64,000 bases of DNA, from NCBI GenBank assembly GCA_009780065.1, contig WRAS01000001.1:34521-98520 (forward strand), given 5' to 3'. This stretch comes from Bacillota bacterium (lineage in GTDB: Bacteria; Bacillota; Clostridia; Christensenellales; UBA1242). The position numbers were made by a program, and so were the translations under genes. Shown here in pieces: positions 56,906 to 64,000 of the stretch; position 1 is the stretch's first letter; each line of letters opens with the position of its first letter. The notes under the pieces are model-generated. The model worked only from the letters and a program-made list of their open reading frames with translations. It was not told the DNA's origin and searched no databases.

Positions 56906-57226
56906 ATGACTAAGTTTGAAAGATACAATGAAACCCATCATGGAGAAGTAAATAGTATATTCAGGAAAGACAGAAGAGATTTGTTTGGATCGGGGCTGTT
57001 TTTTCTTATTGTTGCAGTTGCCTTGTTTGGGGCATCAATATTCATGTTTTCACTGAATGATTTTAACTTTACCGCGTGGGAGAATCTGTACACAGGTGCA
57101 GGATACCTTTTGATTTTTGCATTCTTTTTTCCTGGCATTCCTGCATTTATTCTTTTCCCGAAAGGTGTGGCGTTTGGAAGGGCACTTAATATGTTTGGTT
57201 GCTTGGAAACAGTAAAGCATATATAA
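56906..57226 (+). CDS. Hypothetical 2-TM membrane protein (106 aa)
   Basis: TGgTAGTAT extended -10 lies 6 nt before the ATG. Helices LFFLIVAVALFGASIFMF and GYLLIFAFFFPGIPAFILF. Confidence 0.55.
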   Translation: MTKFERYNETHHGEVNSIFRKDRRDLFGSGLFFLIVAVALFGASIFMFSLNDFNFTAWENLYTGAGYLLIFAFFFPGIPAFILFPKGVAFGRALNMFGCLETVKHI

Positions 57227-57227
57227 T
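57199..57227 (+). promoter_or_regulatory. Promoter TTGCTT-17-TATAAT 5 nt before ATG 57233
   Basis: TTGCTT 57199-57204, TATAAT 57222-57227. Confidence 0.6.
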
Positions 57228-57232
57228 GCAAT

Positions 57233-58267
57233 ATGCGTAAACATAGAGACGTACCAAGAATACTAATGTTTTGTGCAGGTGCTTTTATAACCCTTATTGG
57301 TTTGGGTATATTTGTAACTGGACTTGTATTTAACATCCTGCACAACAACAGAATGAATGGCGATTGGATACAAATCGAGGCACAAGTCGTTGGTTATAGA
57401 TTGGGAATGACAAGCCGTAGTGCCGTTGCAGGTGGTCGTGCAACAGGTGGAAGTTCTGCACCACTTATGATTTTTCAATTTGAACACAATGGCACAACTT
57501 TTCGCGCGATACAAACAACTCGTTCTACACAAAACCGAAATGATATAAGTGTAACCCAAATTCAAAATTGGGTCGTTAATGTTCGTTCCTTTACAATTTG
57601 GGTAAATCCCCAAGTTCTTGCAAACGAGGCAAGTCTAGACCCATTTATATATATCCCAAGAGACCCAAGCAATGTCCGCATATGGCATACCCTTTTCGCA
57701 ACTGGCTATGATTATCATAATCCAACAACAAGGGTTGCGTATACTGACAGTACTTTAACCGAGCGAATTTTAGCCCTACACCAAAACGATTCAATTATTC
57801 CAGCAGATGGTCGACTGTGGATTACTTTAATAATTCTCGGTGGTATTGTCATGCTTCCTGGTTTGTGTCTTTTGCTACCTGCAATATTCAGGCGAAGCGA
57901 TGCCAGACGAAGAATATCAAAACCAAGAAAACCAAGGTCTAACACTACGATTCATTCAAGATCTGCATTTCCACATCCACGAATGTCATCGGACGAATTA
58001 AGCCAATGGGAAAAAGAACGCCGGCAAAGACCCTATCAAAGTGGTTCATTTTCTGTGCACTTGATATCAGTTCCACCAGCATTTGCAACAAGCAAGATAG
58101 ATTTAATCAAGATAGTCAGGGAATATAACCCAGGCATGAGTCTAGGCAATGCAAAAAGCATAGTAGACAATCCGCCGCAACTGGTAACAAGTGGTATGGC
58201 ACAACAAGATGCCGAAATATTGGCGCAGCGATTACGTGATTTCAAAGCAGAGGCAGAGGTTAGATAA
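57233..58267 (+). CDS. Membrane protein with a DUF3592-like N-terminal module, a second TM and a cytoplasmic C-terminal domain resembling the ribosomal L7/L12 C-terminal domain
   Basis: TMs ILMFCAGAFITLIGLGIFVTGLVF and LWITLIILGGIVMLPGLCLLLPAIF. C-terminus FSVHLISVPPAFATSKIDLIKIVREYNPGMSLGNAKSIVDNPPQLVTSGMAQQDAEILAQRLRDFKAEAEV aligns by eye with E. coli L7/L12 [66 protein letters not shown]. Confidence 0.8.
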   Translation: MRKHRDVPRILMFCAGAFITLIGLGIFVTGLVFNILHNNRMNGDWIQIEAQVVGYRLGMTSRSAVAGGRATGGSSAPLMIFQFEHNGTTFRAIQTTRSTQNRNDISVTQIQNWVVNVRSFTIWVNPQVLANEASLDPFIYIPRDPSNVRIWHTLFATGYDYHNPTTRVAYTDSTLTERILALHQNDSIIPADGRLWITLIILGGIVMLPGLCLLLPAIFRRSDARRRISKPRKPRSNTTIHSRSAFPHPRMSSDELSQWEKERRQRPYQSGSFSVHLISVPPAFATSKIDLIKIVREYNPGMSLGNAKSIVDNPPQLVTSGMAQQDAEILAQRLRDFKAEAEVR

Positions 58268-58725
58268 TGGAAACCATAATATTATTTAAGGAAGATAACA
58301 AAGACATGATGAAGAGACTGTTGATGCTTGCGGTGTTGTTTTCTTTGGTAACGGTTGGATTATTGATATTAATTGTGGTTTTGGATTCAAATATTTTCTT
58401 GTTTATTGGATTTATATTATCTTTCATGATTGCAATCAGGTTTTTCATATATCGATTTAATTCAAAACATTTACACAGCATGTTCATGATTACCGAACAT
58501 GCTTTTATATTTTACTCGCCAATTTCCCAGTCCAGAAAATTCAATGTGCACGAATTCAAAGGGTACGAGATTATTAATCAAAAATATAAACTGGTTTATT
58601 TTAAATTATATTTTAATGAAAACGAGTTTTATATATCTACCAGAAAATCTGGCGAACTGGCGAGAATACTGGACGTTATTATTGAACATAACGAAGATAA
58701 TTATGAAACAGAGGCGATGCACTAA
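58267..58725 (+). CDS. Hypothetical 2-TM membrane protein (152 aa), possible bacterial PH-like C-terminal domain
   Basis: TAATG stop/start overlap with the upstream gene. Helices LLMLAVLFSLVTVGLLILIVVL and IFLFIGFILSFMIAIRFFI. Confidence 0.6.
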   Translation: METIILFKEDNKDMMKRLLMLAVLFSLVTVGLLILIVVLDSNIFLFIGFILSFMIAIRFFIYRFNSKHLHSMFMITEHAFIFYSPISQSRKFNVHEFKGYEIINQKYKLVYFKLYFNENEFYISTRKSGELARILDVIIEHNEDNYETEAMH

Positions 58726-58730
58726 TTTGT

Positions 58731-58759
58731 TTGCTTGTTTACAATTTTTTCGCTAGAAT
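58731..58759 (+). promoter_or_regulatory. Promoter TTGCTT-17-TAGAAT ahead of the virD4-like gene
   Basis: TTGCTT 58731-58736, TAGAAT 58754-58759. The leader carries a GGGGGAG Shine-Dalgarno. Confidence 0.55.
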
Positions 58760-58796
58760 TAATATAGAATACAAATGTAGACTGGGGGAGTAGAGG

Positions 58797-60788
58797 GTGA
58801 TCCAAAATATAAAGGAAAAATGGCCGATATATCTCTTTTTAGGGATAATTGTTTTGATTGTGCTGATGTTCATTGCCATTGTTGGTATAAATATTTCCGA
58901 GGGGAACGAGAACCTTATGGACCCAGCGGCAATGTCCAACCCGGCGTTTTTGGTTGTTTTATTAATTGCGCCGATTGCAGCCATAGCATTATTGCTTAGC
59001 GGGTTTTTATTTGGCGATGAAAAAAATAAAACGGTGGAACAATTTTATTCCAACCGATGGATGACCAAAGCTGAACTTAATAAACAATATTTATCAACCT
59101 CATTGTCGGGGCTCAAAAATCAAAAAAAGACAGGTGCATTGGTGCGTTTTGAATCCAGTGGAAGCGATGTTGCAATTAACATGGTACCAAAGGACTATCA
59201 TACGATTGTTTTGGGAACAACCGGTTCTGGTAAAACACAGGGTTATGTTTTGCCGTATGTGTATACATTGGGGCACAGCGGTGAAAAACCAAACATGGTC
59301 ATTACCGACCCAAAGGGTGAAATTTACGCGATGATGGCGGAAACACTTAGACGTAATGGTTACGACGTCCAGGTATTTAACCTAAGTGAACCAACCAAGT
59401 CCAGTCGCTGGAATCCATTTGAACGTGCTTGGGATTTGTTTCAACGTGCGCATAATTTGGACAAAGAATTGAAAAAACACACGGCTACAGACCCCGCCAA
59501 ACTTGGTCTAAGAATTATTGCCAGTGACTATCCAAACACATGGTACGAATTTAACAAGGTCGCATTTCCAACATTTGAAATGGCGGACATGGAAAGAAAA
59601 ACATTAAAACAAAGATTACTGTCCGAGGCCGAAGCCGACGTCAAAGATATTTGTGCGGTTATATGTCCAATTGAAAGTGAAAAGGATCCAAGTTGGGAAC
59701 AGGGTGCCCGTGACATGATTCAAGGTACCGCACTTGCGATGTTGGAGGATAGCCTTAACGTAAACCTTGGTATGACCAAAGAGCGTTTTAACTTTTACAA
59801 CGTATTTAAAATCCTTACATTACGTGACAATGACCCAAATAACAGTTTCGCGTCCATAAGAAACTATTTCGAAGGTCGTGATAGACTAAGTCCTGCCAGT
59901 ATGCTTGCCCAAACCGTTGTTGCCAACAGTGAAAACACAATGAGAAACTTTTTTGGTGTGGTGACAAATAAATTAAGTATGTTCGCGGACAAGGGTATTT
60001 GTTATATTACAAGTGGAACAGAAATCAGTTTCAATAACTTTATCGAAAAGCCAACTGCGTTCTTCTTGGTTATTCCGGATCAAATCAAGATTCGTCACCC
60101 ACTTGCGATACTGTGTGTGGCGCAATTGTATAAGGCATTGGTTGATCTTGCGAATACACTTGGTGGGGCGTTGAAATGGCCGACGTACTTTATTCTTGAT
60201 GAATTTGGTAACATGCCAAAATTGAACGACTTTGAAACCATTATCACGGTTGCTCGTTCTCGTCGTGCGTTCTTTACATTGGTGCTTCAGGATTATAAAC
60301 AATTGGAAACGGTTTACGGTCAAGACAAAGCCGTGACCATTCGAAATAACTGTAACACTCAAATTTTCATCGGGGTTAACGACATGGACACACGAAAGAT
60401 GTTCAGTGACCTGATGGGGGAGATGGCAATTGAAACCGCAAGCAAGTCTGTTTCCAAGAACACAGGTAAAGTAACAGAGCAGGACAGTGAAAGTGGTTCC
60501 AAATCCACAAATTACAGTACGGTTTCACGTCCATTGTTGCCGCCGAACGAATTGTTGGATTTAAAACCGGGCAACATTTACGTCTATACATTTGGATTCA
60601 ACCCATTAAAAAGTAAAGTTACAATGTTCTATCAGGTTATTAAAAACGGTCTGGTTAAATTGTACAAAGCCCCAGACGAATGGGTGGCAAGCAAATACTT
60701 TGACGAGGAAAATATATACTACGACATCAGACGTCGTAACGATGTTGTGTTAAAGAATGCAAAGCGTAACGATGTATTCGATTGGTAA
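58797..60788 (+). CDS. virD4: VirD4/TraG-type type IV coupling protein (T4CP)
   Basis: Two N-terminal TMs. Walker A VLGTTGSGKTQG (59215-59238), Walker B YFILDEFGNMPKL (about 60186-60212). 663 aa. GTG start. Confidence 0.85.
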   Translation: MIQNIKEKWPIYLFLGIIVLIVLMFIAIVGINISEGNENLMDPAAMSNPAFLVVLLIAPIAAIALLLSGFLFGDEKNKTVEQFYSNRWMTKAELNKQYLSTSLSGLKNQKKTGALVRFESSGSDVAINMVPKDYHTIVLGTTGSGKTQGYVLPYVYTLGHSGEKPNMVITDPKGEIYAMMAETLRRNGYDVQVFNLSEPTKSSRWNPFERAWDLFQRAHNLDKELKKHTATDPAKLGLRIIASDYPNTWYEFNKVAFPTFEMADMERKTLKQRLLSEAEADVKDICAVICPIESEKDPSWEQGARDMIQGTALAMLEDSLNVNLGMTKERFNFYNVFKILTLRDNDPNNSFASIRNYFEGRDRLSPASMLAQTVVANSENTMRNFFGVVTNKLSMFADKGICYITSGTEISFNNFIEKPTAFFLVIPDQIKIRHPLAILCVAQLYKALVDLANTLGGALKWPTYFILDEFGNMPKLNDFETIITVARSRRAFFTLVLQDYKQLETVYGQDKAVTIRNNCNTQIFIGVNDMDTRKMFSDLMGEMAIETASKSVSKNTGKVTEQDSESGSKSTNYSTVSRPLLPPNELLDLKPGNIYVYTFGFNPLKSKVTMFYQVIKNGLVKLYKAPDEWVASKYFDEENIYYDIRRRNDVVLKNAKRNDVFDW

Positions 60789-60792
60789 ATCT

Positions 60793-61303
60793 ATGAAAGT
60801 TAAACACACAGTACACAACCCGAATTGGGAATCAATGTTCCAAGCGGAAAAGCAACGAATTCAAAGTGCCATCGGCACAGAAAATTTTGATATTCATCAT
60901 GTCGGCAGTACCGCGTTGCCTGATATTGTTGCGCAAGACTCGATTCATACTTTAATCGAAATTGCCGAGGGTATAAATCTTGATGAATTTAAACAGGCAA
61001 TGGTTAACCTTGGCTACGAATTTTCTGACAGGACACACAAACAGTTGGACAACAAATTTCTGCCACCATTTATGACATTTAAAAAATTGCCATTTAATAT
61101 TTCGACTGCTTTTCAATCTACGGAGATACACAATTTGATATTATTTCGTGACTATATGCTTAAACATCCAGGTTGCTCGCGAAGAATATCAAAGGATTAA
61201 AGAGGATTCCGCTAAAAGCAGTGCAAGTTTAGACGAATATAAAAACGCAAAAAGTGCTTTCATTCAAAAAACCCTGCAACTTGCAAGGGCTAAAGAGTTG
61301 TAA
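60793..61303 (+). pseudogene. GrpB-family protein with one frameshift near codon 126
   Basis: IHHVGSTALPDIVAQDSIHTLIEI and FRDYMLKHP lie in frame 1, which stops at 61200. The +1 frame from 61172 reads VAREEYQRIKEDSAKSSASLDEYKNAKSAFIQKTLQLARAKEL up to TAA 61301-61303, the expected GrpB C-terminus. Confidence 0.65.
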
Positions 61304-61319
61304 TGCTACGTAAATCTAT

Positions 61320-61348
61320 TTGCCTCATTCTAATCACCGTGATATATT
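61320..61348 (+). promoter_or_regulatory. Promoter TTGCCT-17-TATATT ahead of the unlisted long ORF
   Basis: TTGCCT 61320-61325, TATATT 61343-61348. Confidence 0.5.
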
Positions 61349-61393
61349 TAAATTGTATATAGGGCAAACTAGGGTTGGGGGAATATTGCACAA

Positions 61394-64000
61394 ATGAGGG
61401 GTTTACGTCTTTTAACTATATTAATCCTCGTAACCGCTATGCTTGGCGGTGTTGTGCTTTCGCTTGTCATTAATAGGGATGATTATACTGGTAATGTCCA
61501 AGCGGTGGACACCGACAGATTTACATTCAATAGACCCGCCGGAACAGGACAGGGGAATTTGGGCGGGGCGAATCAGATATTTTCAGTTCAAAGCAGATAC
61601 TTTATCGGGATGGGTGATGTCTCCACAGGTAGTGGCGGCACGCATCCATACAGACCAGTATTCGGAACATTGCAGCCGGGTGACCCGCGATTAATAAATA
61701 ACACAACGCCGGAACTTTTCATGAATGAAATACTTTGGCAAACACCATTTATCCCAGACAGTCGCCAGCCATTGGCACCTGCCAACGTCTATAATTACGG
61801 ATTAGTGGTGCTGAATGATTTGGCTACCGCGGATAATTTAGTAATGATTGAACTTGCCGATTTAAATGGTCATTCACCAAACGCGGCTGAAATGTGGTTT
61901 ACTTTTACCGATTTATATGGAAACACGTCGATTAATAATATTGAAACCGCGGGTTTTACCAACATGCCAGGATCATCAATGGCAGTGCTAAGACAAAACG
62001 CGGTTAACTCACTTAATCGTGGCAGTTTTGTACACAGTACCAATGCTGGACTTTCATCCTTTGTTGGTGCTTTCTACGAGGAGGGGTATTATAACTTCCA
62101 CATGCGGATTAATACCGCACTAGGATGGAGGAACCTTAGATTCGCGTTCTACGTAATTAATGCATCCAATTACGTACGTACACCATCCATCAGTTACGTC
62201 GCACCAAATGATATAAATGGCCGCCCAATGCCAACATATAATACACCTGTAAGGCAAAGGGGTGATAGTAACCAGTTCTTTTTTAACTTTAACGGTCGTA
62301 CACCATTTACACAATTTGACCCAAGACGTTTTGATGTGGCCGTTACCGCAACAAACTTTCAGCAAATTCCGGTACTCGCACCCGCACGTGAGGGTGTAGT
62401 GGTTGGATTGGAAAATTTGGATAGATTTACGTTTGAGATGCTGGGAAATTATACCGTGCAAAGTGGCATGGTTTTTGAAATGTTCTGTCCACAGGCGGGG
62501 AATGGTTTTGGTGGTTTTATACGACTGCCTGTTATGCATTTTTCAGGATACAGATATACTCTTCATATATTTGGATATCAGGCATATTTCGAAGAATTCG
62601 ATAACCAGGGGCGTAGTTCACCCGAATGGTTCGGAGGGCGCGAGGACGCGGACAATAATCTTGTAAACGCCGACATATCCAAAGATTTAGTACAGCATCT
62701 GCAAAATATTTCACCAATACACGCACATCTTGTTGAGGCAGGTACGCGTACGGGTGCGGACACATTTCAAACATTCATGCACACAATTGCGCATAACTTT
62801 ACCCCTGCTGAAACCAATCAACCACCTGTGCATTTGGCAGGCAACGCAATACTAGCGCGCGAGTTTTTAGGGATCGTCCAGGGCGTACGGCAATATGGTG
62901 CGGAATTATCCACCGTATCTTTTAGACCGAACTCAAATGCGCCATGGAATGTCATTGACTTTAACCCAAACAGGCCATTCTTTGCGCCAGGTGAATATAT
63001 TGTAACGCTTTACTATAATTTTTCGATTGCGGATTTATTGCGTGTCGAACCATATCGCCAGGTCTTTTATTTCCGAATTGTGGATTTAATGGATGTACGA
63101 ATAGCAAAAGAGGCCTCGGCAGGTGTATACGAAATCTACCACATAAACGAATTTATCGACCGACGTGTTCCGGTTAACAACGCATTCTTTGTATTTATGG
63201 ATGGAATGAACGCAAGTGCGGAATTATCGCCGTTCTCGCGATTACCGCGAATTTCGCTGCGGATTACGTGTTTTGCTGGAAGTCTGATTGCAAATTACAA
63301 TAATATTGATTTAACTGATATCGCATTACAAGCCAATTTGTTTAATGGAACGATTGAAGGGAACTTTGAATTCAGAATATTCTCGGGTAATTTAGAGGCG
63401 GCACAATCCGTGTTTTCGGTCATTGTGGATAATAGTTTAGTAGATACATTCGCCACGGTTGGTTTTGGTGGACATGGTGAAAATAGATTCTATACACCAG
63501 ACCAACAATTTATCGCACCAGACGCCCCATCTAATGTTGCAATTTGGGGTGCGGGTAATATTCAAAACTTTGGTGTAGAACTTAGTTGGGATGCAAAACC
63601 AAGCGGGGTTGCTTTCCGTCATGCCGCGGTCGAGTTCTATGCATTCGAAAATCAAAGCACCAGTGCAACCTTTATCAGTGCGATAGGGAATACTCTCCCA
63701 GATGCCCAAAACATTGTTTCACCGTACGTAATGTCCACGACACCAACCCGAATGAATTTTAATATTAACTCAACCGCGGATGGTCGTTTTGTGCTGAACG
63801 CAACGTTTCGGGCAACCGGTCTTTATATCATTCGTATCTACGACAGGGCGGGCAACGAAAGTGTATTTGTTTTAATCATTGATAATACTTTGCAAGGCTT
63901 TTCCCAAGACCCAACATTCGACTTTGCCCAGTCTATTAACATGGTAACCGACAGAAGTGGTGTGCAAGTTGGTTTTGGTGAAAACAAAGTAATCCCAGCA
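61394..64000 (+). CDS. Large secreted or surface protein, 3'-truncated by the window edge (at least 869 codons); absent from the supplied ORF track
   Basis: My translation from ATG 61394 (MRGLRLLTILILVTAMLGGVVLSLVINRDD...) meets no stop through nt 64000. Signal-anchor N-terminus, GGGGGAA Shine-Dalgarno and its own promoter. Asn/Phe/Thr-rich beta-type composition, no recognised domain. Confidence 0.8.
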   Translation, partial: MRGLRLLTILILVTAMLGGVVLSLVINRDDYTGNVQAVDTDRFTFNRPAGTGQGNLGGANQIFSVQSRYFIGMGDVSTGSGGTHPYRPVFGTLQPGDPRLINNTTPELFMNEILWQTPFIPDSRQPLAPANVYNYGLVVLNDLATADNLVMIELADLNGHSPNAAEMWFTFTDLYGNTSINNIETAGFTNMPGSSMAVLRQNAVNSLNRGSFVHSTNAGLSSFVGAFYEEGYYNFHMRINTALGWRNLRFAFYVINASNYVRTPSISYVAPNDINGRPMPTYNTPVRQRGDSNQFFFNFNGRTPFTQFDPRRFDVAVTATNFQQIPVLAPAREGVVVGLENLDRFTFEMLGNYTVQSGMVFEMFCPQAGNGFGGFIRLPVMHFSGYRYTLHIFGYQAYFEEFDNQGRSSPEWFGGREDADNNLVNADISKDLVQHLQNISPIHAHLVEAGTRTGADTFQTFMHTIAHNFTPAETNQPPVHLAGNAILAREFLGIVQGVRQYGAELSTVSFRPNSNAPWNVIDFNPNRPFFAPGEYIVTLYYNFSIADLLRVEPYRQVFYFRIVDLMDVRIAKEASAGVYEIYHINEFIDRRVPVNNAFFVFMDGMNASAELSPFSRLPRISLRITCFAGSLIANYNNIDLTDIALQANLFNGTIEGNFEFRIFSGNLEAAQSVFSVIVDNSLVDTFATVGFGGHGENRFYTPDQQFIAPDAPSNVAIWGAGNIQNFGVELSWDAKPSGVAFRHAAVEFYAFENQSTSATFISAIGNTLPDAQNIVSPYVMSTTPTRMNFNINSTADGRFVLNATFRATGLYIIRIYDRAGNESVFVLIIDNTLQGFSQDPTFDFAQSINMVTDRSGVQVGFGENKVIPA

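Noticed and set aside
61443-63709. Short track ORFs (61443-61694, 61588-61785, 62120-62539, 62403-62666, 62532-62774, 63437-63709)
   Set aside because: All lie inside, and out of frame with, the uninterrupted 61394-64000 frame, which has a signal-anchor and a promoter.

Overview
AT-rich, gene-dense bacterial chromosome segment read with the standard code (TGA is a stop; long ORFs are intact). No rRNA, tRNA, CRISPR array, integrase, transposase or relaxase was seen. Most genes are housekeeping: uvrC (cut by the 5' edge), tilS, a DEAD-box helicase, an ABC-F ATPase, fba, a GT2 glycosyltransferase, gap, a nine-gene V-type ATPase operon in Enterococcus ntpFIKECGABD order, a P-type Ca-ATPase, rnr, ileS, an RluA-family synthase, lon and scpAB. 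Between them sit two separate type IV secretion (T4SS)-like loci. Locus A (15143-23070) has a lipoprotein, a 1520-aa polytopic giant and a VirB4-type ATPase with a fused N-terminal 2-TM module. Locus B (56201-64000) has a lipoprotein, three small membrane proteins, a VirD4-type coupling ATPase and a secreted protein of more than 869 aa. That last ORF runs off the 3' edge and is missing from the supplied ORF track. There is also an orphan cluster of small and proline-rich proteins (8879-11522), plus several surface repeat proteins anchored by C-terminal TM helices (BspA-type LRR, Listeria-Bacteroides repeats), with no LPXTG signal seen in the two I checked. Recurrent features: about 15 genes have a -10 box 5-8 nt before the start codon (leaderless-type); a (TA)11 tract fills a promoter spacer; two genes carry single frameshifts (GNAT-like, GrpB). 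Unusual architectures include a membrane protein ending in a ribosomal L7/L12 C-terminal domain, a HEPN-CBS fusion, an ASCH-methyltransferase fusion, a short IlvD/Edd-like protein and a UvrC without its HhH tail. Taxon cannot be fixed from the sequence; a reduced-genome, possibly wall-less or epibiotic Gram-positive-type lineage is an inference only. All family calls rest on motifs read by eye, not on searches.
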